From: a virus
Length of the DNA stretch: 64,000 nt
Reading direction: 5' to 3' (one strand)
IMG/VR virus record: IMGVR_UViG_3300037475_000071
Coordinates: 1-64,000 of that record
Every line of letters starts with the position of its first letter. The stretch's first letter is position 1. Under the pieces are notes generated by a model that was not told the origin of the DNA, did no database searches, and was given only the letters and a program-made list of their open reading frames with translations. Both the position numbers and the translations under genes were made by a program. This document shows positions 8,882-18,877 of the stretch, one piece after another.

Positions 8882-9247
8882 GATGGAAGAGAAAATAATA
8901 ATCCCTACAGACTCCCCAATAGTTAACAGTTATATGAGGGGTTGGTAACCATGTTACTAGCGACGAACCTACGGTTTGATTATCTCATGGATTTATTCCG
9001 AATTGTCACCAAATTGTCACCAACCCTGTGGAAAACTCCGCATCTAGTTGTGTTTTCACACACATAAAAAAGTGCATTTGCAATTAGGTCTACATTTATA
9101 CTACCACCCTAGTGTTGTTGGATTTAGCTATACAACCTATAGTGTTTATCATGTTATAAACACTACCGCTACCTTTTTGTTAACCCTGTAGTTACTACAC
9201 ACAACATAGTTGCATTTCCACACAATCTGTGCTACTCTCCGTATTGA

Positions 9248-11587
9248 ATGACAGCAGCCGCCCCCGCAATACAAGAACTACCCTATCTGGTTCCCCACGA
9301 GATGCAGCCAGCCATGAACCCTTTTCTGGTGGTAGATGGGGCTGGGTTGGACAAAATGGTATCTTACCTGACTCGGGTAGCCACTTCCGCACAGCCTGCG
9401 TTTGGCCTCGATACTGAAACCGACATCCAAGAGAACTTCCTTGAACAACGCCTTCGCACCATTCAGGTCGGGGCCAAAGACGAGCAGTACGTTATCGACC
9501 TGCTGGCCTTCGCCGAGACCTCCGAAAACCTAAAGAGCTTGCAGGGATTCAGGAAGACTTCAAAGTGCTTCGAACCAGTTGTAAATGCTCTCCGTCCCTT
9601 TCTCGATTCCAACTCCGTTTTGAAGATTGGTCACGGTCTCCAGTTTGAATACGAGATGCTCAGTTGGAATCTCGGTCTATACACTTGGCACCTGTGGTGT
9701 ACTTTGATCGTTGAGCGCGTTCGCTGGGCCGGACTTCAACCGTTCAAGCGCAAAGGCTTCTGGGGCATGGAGCACCTGGTTGAACGCTATTTGAAAGTAC
9801 GGATGAGCGAGGAAAGTGAGCAGTTACAGAAATCGTTCGACTTGTGTACGCCGCTAACCGACGAGCAAGTCTTGTACGCCGCGATTGATACCCGCCTTCC
9901 TATGGGTGTCTATCACGGTCAGAAACTGGTTTGCGCCAGCGACCGATTGCTTGAAACCGCGCAGATCGAGAATGACTATATTCCAGCTAATGGTGACATG
10001 CACATCAACGGGTTCAAGCTCGACCGCGATGCTTGGATGAAGCTGGTAGACGAGCAAACTACAAGACACACAGAACATGTGCGCGTAATGGACACATTCT
10101 TTCTGCCCATTGTCGGCAAAAAGAATATGCCTGCCGAGAACCTGCTGGAGCTTGAACAAAAGTGGCGTGCACTGTCTGACCGCGGCGAAGAAGAGATGTC
10201 CTACCACGTTATGGCCAAGCAGTACGGGCAGACCCCGCAGGAGAAGAAGGAATGGAGATTGAAACGAGATGCCCTTGAAGATAAGCGGCTGCTTCTCAAG
10301 AAACAGGCCGGAGAAGAGTACAAAGCCGCGTCTAAGTACGCGACGTGGTTTAAGAAGGAAGGTGACAAGATGGAGGGTGAGGCTTGCATCGTTTACGCGA
10401 GTCCTGCCCAGCTTGTGGCGGCCCTCCAGAAAATGCCGGGCCTTGAAAATATTGAGGACACCAACGATAAAACGCTGTCGAAGTTGAGAAGTGAATTTCC
10501 CGTCCTAGTCGCTGTGGAAAATTATCGTTCTACGGGAAAGGCAGTCAGTTCTTTCGGGGAGAACATTCTGGAGTTCATTAACCCGATAACGGGCCGTTTG
10601 CATTCCCGTCATGACCAACTCGGGGCTGTAACGGGCAGAATGACTTGCCAAAATCCCAATTTGATGCAAATTCCGATAGACCCCCGCTACAGAGAATGCT
10701 TTGTAGCCGAACGGCGTCGCAAAATGGCTACTCTCGATTACGACGGATGCGAAGTTCGAATCATGACTGAGGCCAGCGGAGACCCTGTTTGGACAGAGGC
10801 TCTTAATAACAACTGGGACATTCATAGCGTGGTTGCGGAGAAGATGAGAACTACTGACTGGGTTAAAGCCACATTGGAGGCTTGTGCTTTCGTAGCACGC
10901 CATGCGAAGTGCGACTGCCCAGAACACAAGCATATTCGTAGTGAATCGAAGAGCATCAACTTCGGTCTTGCGTATGGTCTCACTGCTAAGGGACTTGCAG
11001 ACCAACTCAACATCACAGAAGAACGAGCGCAGGCTCTGCTTAATCTCTGGCACGCTTCGAACCCAGTTCTCAGCGCGGCCCTGACGTTGTGGGGAGACTT
11101 GGCTAAGGCAACGTGTGAAGCGCGTGACCTCGCTGGCCGCCGCAGACTGTTCCGCAAGCCTTCTTGGGAGTGGTGCAAAGAAATAGTTACTGCGAACAAC
11201 AAGAAATACAAAGACAGCAGGAACTACGGAAAGCCAGCCAGCGAGGGCCAAATCAAATGGAAAATGAAATCCATGATGGAGTCGATTGCTCGTGAAGGCT
11301 GCAACCACAAAATTCAGGGAACCAACGCCAGTGCTATTAAGCTCTCGATGGGGTGTGGTTACGATAGTAATGGCACCCCATTCTTCTGGCACTACAGCCG
11401 CCCCGACAAGGAGCAAGCGTTCCTTTGCAATCTCGTGCACGACGAAGCAGTGTTCGAATCTCCTGACGAAAAGATTACAGAGGCATACGAAGTCGCAAAA
11501 GACTGCATGATTCGCGCACTGAGTCGGTACGTTAAGAAGGTGCCGGTCACGGTGGACGGCACAATTGATACCCACTGGGTCAAATAA
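9248..11587 (+). CDS. polA: family A DNA polymerase with 3'-5' exonuclease
   Basis: Exo motifs LDTET and YAAID; polymerase motifs TGRMT..NPNLMQIP, DYDGCEVR, KSINFGLAYG, IQG, VHDE. Confidence 0.95.
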   Translation: MTAAAPAIQELPYLVPHEMQPAMNPFLVVDGAGLDKMVSYLTRVATSAQPAFGLDTETDIQENFLEQRLRTIQVGAKDEQYVIDLLAFAETSENLKSLQGFRKTSKCFEPVVNALRPFLDSNSVLKIGHGLQFEYEMLSWNLGLYTWHLWCTLIVERVRWAGLQPFKRKGFWGMEHLVERYLKVRMSEESEQLQKSFDLCTPLTDEQVLYAAIDTRLPMGVYHGQKLVCASDRLLETAQIENDYIPANGDMHINGFKLDRDAWMKLVDEQTTRHTEHVRVMDTFFLPIVGKKNMPAENLLELEQKWRALSDRGEEEMSYHVMAKQYGQTPQEKKEWRLKRDALEDKRLLLKKQAGEEYKAASKYATWFKKEGDKMEGEACIVYASPAQLVAALQKMPGLENIEDTNDKTLSKLRSEFPVLVAVENYRSTGKAVSSFGENILEFINPITGRLHSRHDQLGAVTGRMTCQNPNLMQIPIDPRYRECFVAERRRKMATLDYDGCEVRIMTEASGDPVWTEALNNNWDIHSVVAEKMRTTDWVKATLEACAFVARHAKCDCPEHKHIRSESKSINFGLAYGLTAKGLADQLNITEERAQALLNLWHASNPVLSAALTLWGDLAKATCEARDLAGRRRLFRKPSWEWCKEIVTANNKKYKDSRNYGKPASEGQIKWKMKSMMESIAREGCNHKIQGTNASAIKLSMGCGYDSNGTPFFWHYSRPDKEQAFLCNLVHDEAVFESPDEKITEAYEVAKDCMIRALSRYVKKVPVTVDGTIDTHWVK

Positions 11588-12118
11588 ATGGCGAAAAGGA
11601 AAAACTTAGTGGGCAGAAGATTCGGTAGGTACACCGTACTAGCCTTTGTTGGGATGCGCGGGGACGAGTCTGTTTGGCTAGTTGTCTGCGACTGCGGTAC
11701 TGTAAAAGAGCTACAACGACAGTGCATAACTTCTTCAAAACGTTTGGTTCCGAATTGCGGCTGCCTAACGAAAGAAAAGGCAATACACAGGGGAACTAAA
11801 AATAATCCCAATTTTAAGCACGGTCACCGTAGAGCCGCAATAAGAAGCCGGGAATACAATTCCTGGAGAGGGATGAGGGGCAGGTGTCTTTATTCAAAAC
11901 ACATTGCATTTCCTGATTACGGAGGCAGGGGAATTACGGTTTGTGATCGTTGGAAATATTTTGCCAATTTTTTAATGGACATGGGGCCGAGGCCGGAAAA
12001 AACTAGCATAGACCGTATAAATCCCGATGGAAATTATGAGCCTAGCAACTGTCGCTGGGCGACGGCGGCGCAACAGCAGGCCAACAAGAGGGTCAAAGTA
12101 TTAACAGAGGCAAAATAA
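11588..12118 (+). CDS. HNH-type homing endonuclease
   Basis: RFGRY..W..CDCG, SWRGMRGRC, YGGRGITVC, SIDRINPDGNYEPSNCRWAT. Confidence 0.88.
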   Translation: MAKRKNLVGRRFGRYTVLAFVGMRGDESVWLVVCDCGTVKELQRQCITSSKRLVPNCGCLTKEKAIHRGTKNNPNFKHGHRRAAIRSREYNSWRGMRGRCLYSKHIAFPDYGGRGITVCDRWKYFANFLMDMGPRPEKTSIDRINPDGNYEPSNCRWATAAQQQANKRVKVLTEAK

Positions 12119-12190
12119 CAGTGTTTTGCACATCGTCGATATGTTACATTTCTTTCCTGTGATGTTCGACTCAACCAGAGGGGGAAATAA

Positions 12191-12625
12191 TTGGATGCAA
12201 CTTCACGAGAAAAGGAAAAAATAGTTACCGTTATGTTGGGCATCAACATAATGTCTACAAACAATCTCAGGCGTATAAACAAAATCCTGGCCAAAATAAA
12301 ACTGAACGCAAGGCAGTATTCAATCCTCTACCAAATAACGCGAACCGACAGACCTCCTCCGCGGAGCCAGAAGGAGCTAGCTGAACGCTCTGCTATTCGA
12401 GAGAACAGAATTGTTTCCGTTTTACACCGTATGAGTAAAGCTGGCCTCTTGAGGAGGGAGAAAACAACAGACCGCCGCCTTAACCAAGTGGCGATAACGG
12501 ACAAAGGCAGAAAGCAACTGGATAAGGCTGAGAACGATGTCAGGCTTTATTATGATGAGTTGCTAGCGAGGATTTCCAACAATGAGAGGCAAGCTATGAC
12601 TTGTTTGCTGAAGAATTACAAGTAA
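12191..12625 (+). CDS. MarR-family winged-helix regulator
   Basis: SQKELAE...L-x-x-M-x-KAGLL-x-R...DRR...ITDKG. Confidence 0.8.
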   Translation: MDATSREKEKIVTVMLGINIMSTNNLRRINKILAKIKLNARQYSILYQITRTDRPPPRSQKELAERSAIRENRIVSVLHRMSKAGLLRREKTTDRRLNQVAITDKGRKQLDKAENDVRLYYDELLARISNNERQAMTCLLKNYK

Positions 12626-12628
12626 AAC

Positions 12629-12670
12629 GAAAAAGGCGACCCAAGACCAAACCTGGGTCGCTGTCTTCTT
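12629..12670. terminator. hairpin terminator between convergent genes
   Basis: GGCGACCCA...TGGGTCGCT with an A-run on the left. Confidence 0.65.
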
Positions 12671-13124
12671 AGGCCCGAGCCGATTTTGCCGCAGCTTCAA
12701 TCATGCTGGAAATCATTTCAAACTGCGCTTCATTCAGTTTGCGCAGGTTACGCTCAGCTCTGTCGTATTTCGGGTCTTTGTCACCTCCGTATAAAGACTC
12801 TGGCAGGTCAGCGTATTTGTGTTTCAGCTTGTCCTTCAAAACCATGCGCTGCATTTCCGCCATTCTCTCCTTGTTCCACTTCAGGGCTTGGGCCATCATT
12901 CCCATTAGTGGCTTAGAAGGAAACGCCATGCTTTTAATCAGCCGACGAACGTGTTCGTAGGTAACTCCAATTTCGTCGGACAAATTCTGGATAGAGATAT
13001 TTTTCTCCTCCATCTCCTGTTGCAAGGCTTCGCCAAATAATCCCTGTTCGGGGAGTGCTTTGTTTCGGGGTCTGTTCATTAGTTTGGCCATATTTTGCTT
13101 TCCATTCTCCTTTGCAGGGTTCAT
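12669..13124 (-). CDS. XRE-family repressor-like protein
   Basis: ISIQNLSDEIGVTYEHVRRLIKSMAFPS; divergent from the RNase H operon. Confidence 0.7.
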   Translation of the reverse strand: MNPAKENGKQNMAKLMNRPRNKALPEQGLFGEALQQEMEEKNISIQNLSDEIGVTYEHVRRLIKSMAFPSKPLMGMMAQALKWNKERMAEMQRMVLKDKLKHKYADLPESLYGGDKDPKYDRAERNLRKLNEAQFEMISSMIEAAAKSARA

Positions 13125-13242
13125 TTAACTGCCGACGTGAACCACTTTAATACACATCCAGTTGCTAGTCAACAGTTATTTTGTGTGACCTTTTGCACAC
13201 GATTGCTGTTGACAACACACATTTTTTGTGTGACTATCTTAC

Positions 13243-13662
13243 ATGCAACGAATCTTCCGTGGCTTTAGCGACGGAGCCTGCCGCTCTTTTCAGCAGCACG
13301 CCGCGTGGGGAGCACTGTTAATCGACCAGTTCGGCAAGCGCAAGGAGACTTTCCAGTATATCGGAAGAGCCAGCAACAACGTCGCTGAATACCGCGGTCT
13401 CATTGGGGCACTGAATCTGGCCGTATCGCTCGGCGCTGACCGCTTGTTCATGAATATGGACTCAGAATTGGTCGTGCGCCAGGTCACTGGTGTCTACCGC
13501 GTATCCAAACCAGAACTGGCTGTGCTGCTAAACGAGGCCAAAACACTGATAGCCAGAATTCCCGCCTTCACCATTCAGCACGTTTACCGAGAGAAAAACC
13601 AAGAGGCCGACGCGCTTGCCAACCGTGCCATCGACGACTTCATTCAGCAGGAGAAAAAGTAA
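13243..13662 (+). CDS. rnhA: ribonuclease HI-family protein
   Basis: SDGA, SNNVAEYRGLI, MDSELVVRQ, HVYREKNQEADALAN. Confidence 0.92.
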   Translation: MQRIFRGFSDGACRSFQQHAAWGALLIDQFGKRKETFQYIGRASNNVAEYRGLIGALNLAVSLGADRLFMNMDSELVVRQVTGVYRVSKPELAVLLNEAKTLIARIPAFTIQHVYREKNQEADALANRAIDDFIQQEKK

Positions 13663-15830
13663 TGTTCAAGAAGGTACATCCGAAGGAAATAGAAGCGAGT
13701 ATTGAGCAGTTCCCTCATTGTGACCAGCGTGTGCTTCACGCTCCGGGAGAATGCAATTATTGCGACAGGCATCCACTCTGGCAAGAGCTTCGTCAGGCGT
13801 GGGGTATTGCTTTTACAAACTATCAGCCGGAAAAAGATGAACTTCCCTGCCCGGCAAACTTTGCGCGAGGAGATGCTGTTAACGGCTGGCAAGGAAACGT
13901 GGAATCCAAAGAGGAAGAGGGGAACGACTCGTGGGGAGTCTAACGTTACTGAAATTCCCGCCCAAGAAAAAGGAACCCGTTGAAACCGCCAGCAAGTCGA
14001 TTACTAGCGTTCTCAACTTTGTCAAAAAGGATGTGAAAGACCTCGCCGCTATCGTGGTCGTAGCTGTGACCAACGACAACGCGGTTTACACGCTGAGTAA
14101 CGGCCTTACCGACGGCGATACGGTGCTCGCGCTGGAGAGGGCCAAGGTTTGGTTCGTGGAGAACACGGGGAGGAAGAGCCAATGAAGACGAACGATGTGC
14201 TGGCGGGTTTGCTGGGCGTTCTGGTGGGGGCGTTCTTGACGTTCTCTTTGCGTGGTAAGGCTTCAGTGCAGGAGAACCGCAGAGTGTGCGTTCCCGTAAA
14301 GAGGGGAAATCTGATTGTGTGGGCTACGCGATGAGCCCCCTTTATGCAAATGTTGCGGTGTGTATTTGGGTACTAATTTTCTGTGTTGGATTTGTTGTAA
14401 AAGCTGTGCGCAGTTGTAGCCGCTCAGAACCGTTGTGGAGCAGGTTTTTAACGTACTTTTTAGTTAGCGTAATGGTGGCCATAATAGGTGGGACAGCCGT
14501 ATACAGCGTTGCTTGGGAATGGAAGGCCGTTGAGCGTCAATACCCACAACTCCATACTGCTGCGCCGCCGTCGCATTGGTGGCGCGGTGCATCGGAGACC
14601 AAATGAAACAACTGAAAATGCCTTGGAACGACTTCGTGGAAGCCGCCATGCAAACGATTAAAGCTGATTACCCCGACGCCAACAACCCAGTGAGAATGGC
14701 TACACAGGCGTATGAACGGGATTTTGAGTGCTACGAAACGCCGTCGTACGTTTTAATTGATTTGGAGAAGAAAGCATGAGCAAGCCTAACGAATGGTGGA
14801 CTCTTCGTCGTGCGGCTCGTCACGTAGTAGTTGGCTTGTGGACTTCAGCTGAGTTGTGGTCACGCCCTGAATCAATTCTAAATGCGTACGAAGCGGTTCG
14901 TCTGCTGCGCGACACGGCAAACCTAATAACAGATAAGCCTCCCAGTAAGAAACATTTTTGGCTGCATTTAGGCGGATGAAATGACAGAACCCCGCGTGAC
15001 CTTGGGAATAGTGATACGCGACCTTGTACGCTTCCGTAATGTCCAGACCTTCATTCCCGCCCGAACGGAGGATTTGGACATTATGGGAATCCTGCTGCCA
15101 ATCGTGCCCGCCATTCGCATCGGCTTAAATAACCTGCTCAACGGCAATGACCCAACTTACTGCGTTGTGAACCTCGCCAAAGCCGAGGTCGTGGATTATT
15201 TCTTTTCGTGGAAACACGCGCTGTTAAAAGCAGAGGAGCTGAATAGGAGCTTCTCAGCATGACCTGCCCGTGGTGTGACTTACCTATCCGTTGGTGGCAC
15301 CTAAAATGTAAGTACCTAGGCGTCCTATGGCACAAAAGGTGTAAGAACGGCCGATAAACCGACGATAAAATCCACAGTAAAATTATTTATTAGATGTGCG
15401 ATACCGCACAATCAGTGCTAGAATCGCTTTGCAGTGGAATGATCACAGAATGGAATGAAGTGCCACTCATGGTTCCAGTGCATTGTGAGCGGCATGGTTT
15501 GGATGTATATTCACCTTTGGAGGTAGTGACCGTGCGGCGTATGGTTGGAGTTGATTACGAGGGTCTTTACAGACACTTGGGAAGTGGATCGGTAGTTGTC
15601 ATCAAAGATGTGAACAAGGATGGCAGCGTTACATGGGAATCTTTAACCGGTGGAGACTTAATCGAGGGGCACCGCTGGGGAAAAATGCAGGGTGTGCCGT
15701 TTTTAGAGCAGTTCAGCTCGTTGAAAGACTCGGCTGACACGGTGGCCGATATTAGGAAGGAAGAAAGAGCAAAACGAATAGTTAAACCAAATTGAAAACA
15801 CAGAATTTCGGCTAACATATGGCCGAATCC

Positions 15831-15910
15831 ACGCCCAGAGGGGCCGAGAAATCATGCGGATTCCACGGCCCTGCGTCCTTCCCCCTATTCCTGGGCGTGG
15901 TTTTATTTTC
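15831..15910 (+). terminator. long hairpin with U-tract (terminator or small RNA)
   Basis: CCACGCCCAG...CTGGGCGTGG enclosing a GGGCCG/CGGCCC stem, followed by TTTTATTTT. Confidence 0.55.
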
Positions 15911-16110
15911 TGCCGTCCATTTACTAATGGACATAACAGATTGTGGGACAGTTTGTGGTCTCCGCGCCAAGAGGGTTGATAGGTCTGGTATCTGTATAAG
16001 AGGATATTTTCCATGTTCTGCAAGGCTTGCAAACATTTAATGTGGTTCTACACACTTTGGCGTTGCATGAATCCCTACTGTTCGGGTAGAATCCCAGTTG
16101 GAGGCGGGAA

Positions 16111-16701
16111 ATGAAGACAATTTTGATGATTTTGGCGTGTTTTTCGTCGTTGGCGACCGCGCAGACGCTGGCAAGACAACAAATTGAGTCGCACAACACG
16201 GTTTACGGGCAGGAACTGGGCAAACCGCTCACGATTCCAGAATGCCCAGTGACCAGACACAAGAAAGCGTCGTGGTACACGGATATTTCGTCGGCAAAAG
16301 AGCTTTGCTTCCAGTTCGAGGGCGAAACTACGCTGGTGCCGACCAACGGAGAGCCTCTACGTAATGCTCGACTACGCTTGGTGGCACCGGATGGTCAACT
16401 TCTGGGCGGAGTGACAGAAGCCGAGGTGGTTGACGGGAAATTGGACTTAGTAAGTTTCACCACGGCCGGAACTACCGACCAAGAGCACATGTTCAGCGTT
16501 CTGGTTAAGAAATACGGAGAGCCCACGACGAAGAAAGTCAAGCACCTAGGAAACGGCTACGGTGCCGCGGTAGACGGTATCTTCTCCGAGTGGTCTCTGC
16601 CTGATGTCAAGGTGATATTCATGGGAGCACTAACTCTGTCTGAGGGAAAAGTGATTATCGAGACCCCGCGCACTGAAAAACTATTGGAGCCTAAATTATG
16701 A
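16111..16701 (+). CDS. secreted protein, unknown function
   Basis: Signal-peptide-like MKTILMILACFSSLATA. Confidence 0.6.
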   Translation: MKTILMILACFSSLATAQTLARQQIESHNTVYGQELGKPLTIPECPVTRHKKASWYTDISSAKELCFQFEGETTLVPTNGEPLRNARLRLVAPDGQLLGGVTEAEVVDGKLDLVSFTTAGTTDQEHMFSVLVKKYGEPTTKKVKHLGNGYGAAVDGIFSEWSLPDVKVIFMGALTLSEGKVIIETPRTEKLLEPKL

Positions 16702-16910
16702 CCAACCTGACACTCCGCGAGCAACTGATAGTAGACCTGCTTCTGCAAGGTTGCGACAATCCTGACATAGCCCGACAACTCAATATGAAGTTGAGAACCG
16801 TGAAGCTCTATTTTAATCGAATGTTCGAACGCTTCGGAATCACGGATGGGGTTAAGCGGGTGAAGTTGGCAACTCTGTTGTATCGTCGGCAGCTTGAGGT
16901 AGGTGCTTAA
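16698..16910 (+). CDS. stand-alone LuxR-type HTH protein
   Basis: LTLREQLIVDLLLQGCDNPDIARQLNMKLRTVK. Confidence 0.85.
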   Translation: MTNLTLREQLIVDLLLQGCDNPDIARQLNMKLRTVKLYFNRMFERFGITDGVKRVKLATLLYRRQLEVGA

Positions 16911-17008
16911 TATACTTGGCATTTATGTGTGCAAATGCACAAATGCCTAGTATGATAGGCAAGCATCATGGCCGTGATTGTAAACTTGGCCTTGACTAAC
17001 GGAGAAAC

Positions 17009-17617
17009 ATGAGAGTCCTTGATTTAGGATGTGGAACCGGCAAGCCGCTTACCTACTGGGGCGTAACCCCGCAGGACGAAGTGGTTGGGCTGGACATAGA
17101 CCGCGCCAGTCTGGAGGAGGCCGCCCACAAATACCCAGAGAGAAGGTTCTATGTGGGTTCTGGGGAGCAGATGCCGTTCGACGACGGACGCTTCGATAGG
17201 GTCATTTCGAACGTGGCTTTGCCATACATGAACATCCCCGCGGCCCTAAAGGAAATCAACCGCGTTCTCATCCCGGCTGGAATGCTGTCGGTTAGTTTGC
17301 ATCCGCCGCGGTTCACGCTGTCGGAACTCCGCCAAGCCTTCCCGAACCCAACGGCGACGTTGTACAGGCTGTACGTGCTGATGACAGGGGTTCTGTTTCA
17401 TTTGACTGGGTGGGCACCAACTGAGTCGTTTCAAACCAAGCGTGGAATGTGGATTGCTCTGAGACGGGCGGGGTTCTACATTACTGATATGCGTTTCGAA
17501 CGTGGTAAGAAGCAGAAGTACAGGTTTATTGTAGAGGCGATGAAGTGTACTATTACAGACCTTTTTGAAGACTCGGTGAATAGTAACGCAGGGTTACTGA
17601 AGGTGTTGAATGACTAA
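17009..17617 (+). CDS. class I SAM-dependent methyltransferase
   Basis: VLDLGCGTG, GLDID, MPFDDGRFDRV, EINRVL. Confidence 0.9.
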   Translation: MRVLDLGCGTGKPLTYWGVTPQDEVVGLDIDRASLEEAAHKYPERRFYVGSGEQMPFDDGRFDRVISNVALPYMNIPAALKEINRVLIPAGMLSVSLHPPRFTLSELRQAFPNPTATLYRLYVLMTGVLFHLTGWAPTESFQTKRGMWIALRRAGFYITDMRFERGKKQKYRFIVEAMKCTITDLFEDSVNSNAGLLKVLND

Positions 17618-17808
17618 TTTGTATAACTACTACCGCTCCGTGGCTCTCTGGTGGTGGAGATACTTGGTTAGTACAGAGTTTCGAACTTTGGTAGGATTGA
17701 AGGGGAGACGATGATTAGCTTAGTTCCATTGGTTATGATAGCGGGTTTTGGGTATGCGGTATATCTCTGGGCATCTTATAAACCTGAGAGGGTAGGCCGA
17801 CGACGCAA

Positions 17809-17939
17809 GTAGTGTATAGTTAGGAGAAGTGTTACTGGGTTTCACCGGGGTTGGCCAGTTGTAGAGTGAACAGGGGCAACCGTTCTTACCGCCCATAAGA
17901 GCGTGGAATAGAGTTACACTTCTTCTAACTGTATACTAC
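17809..17939 (+). ncRNA. candidate ncRNA: ~28-bp basal stem with multibranch top
   Basis: GTAGTGTATAGTTAGGAGAAGTGT pairs ACACTTCTTCTAACTGTATACTAC; its three non-Watson-Crick pairs are all G-U on +. Confidence 0.55.
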
Positions 17940-18736
17940 CCTCCTGCAATACCCCTCCCCCTACATATAGACATTTCTACAGTCTATACCCATATGTGGT
18001 ATACCTCGCTCTCTGAACTCCGCCCAACACATATTCCCGCCCAGTGAAGGTTCACTAGCTTGCACAGGATGAGAAAAGCACTGGGAGGAACGGGGTCTAC
18101 GCTGCTACAACGAGTTAGCAGAGCGTAGGTGTGCCTAGACCTCATCCCGGCTCTATCTGTCGTTCCTAGCGGCGTATCCCTATGACTACTGTGGCTTTCA
18201 TAGGATGGGTGACAGGTCGGTAACTTCGTAAGTGACTCAGTTATAACCTAGTTAGATGTGTATAAATGGGTTGGAAACGTTGTATTAGACCCGTCAACCA
18301 CCCCGTAATCTCCCCTTCCTTCCCCGCCCAACCATGACCCTACCATGTAATAACTACATGAAACTAGGTAAGAGACGCTGCGAAGACCTAGTGGGACTGG
18401 GTTTACGTAGTTGGATGAGGTTGGAGACTGGGTTTTACGTGATTGATATTGTTTGAGAGTGGGTACGCCGTAGTCTATAACCTTGCCTACAGATAAGTTT
18501 GAGACAGTGAGAAACAAACAGGAGTAGTGTTCAGCATTACCGAACGTACACGTATCGTGTACAGCAACACTGTTTAAACAATGTAAACCCCACTGTACAG
18601 CTCTAACCTGCTACTGTACCTACTGGTGTCTCTGGCATAGGCCGGCGATCGTGGTGCAGGTTTTCTACATATGTATATGCGCTCACCAGGATTCGCACAC
18701 TCTGCGTTCGCTATTCCCGAATAGCGAATATGTGCC

Positions 18737-18756
18737 TGTGGAAAACCTGTGCATAA
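18737..18756 (-). promoter_or_regulatory. tandem DnaA-box-like nonamers
   Basis: Minus strand TTATGCACA and TTTTCCACA, 2 nt apart. Confidence 0.4.
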
Positions 18757-18842
18757 CTACCAGACACATCTTTTTATTGTCTACACAACAGACTGACAAT
18801 ACATCCACTTACACTTTTCTTTTGTGATTCCACACTTTTCTG

Positions 18843-18871
18843 TTGACATCCAATCCTAACAGGTTTAACTT
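18843..18871 (+). promoter_or_regulatory. sigma70-type early promoter
   Basis: TTGACA-17-TAACTT with upstream AT-rich tract. Confidence 0.6.
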
Positions 18872-18877
18872 CACATC

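Noticed and set aside
10505-11575. 356-aa antisense ORF
   Set aside because: Shadow of polA with no recognisable motifs; the same applies to many other antisense ORFs in the track
17718-17726. 9-nt complement (CTTAGTTCC) to the terL insert 5' flank as a trans guide
   Set aside because: Match of this length is expected by chance and lies in a small membrane-protein ORF
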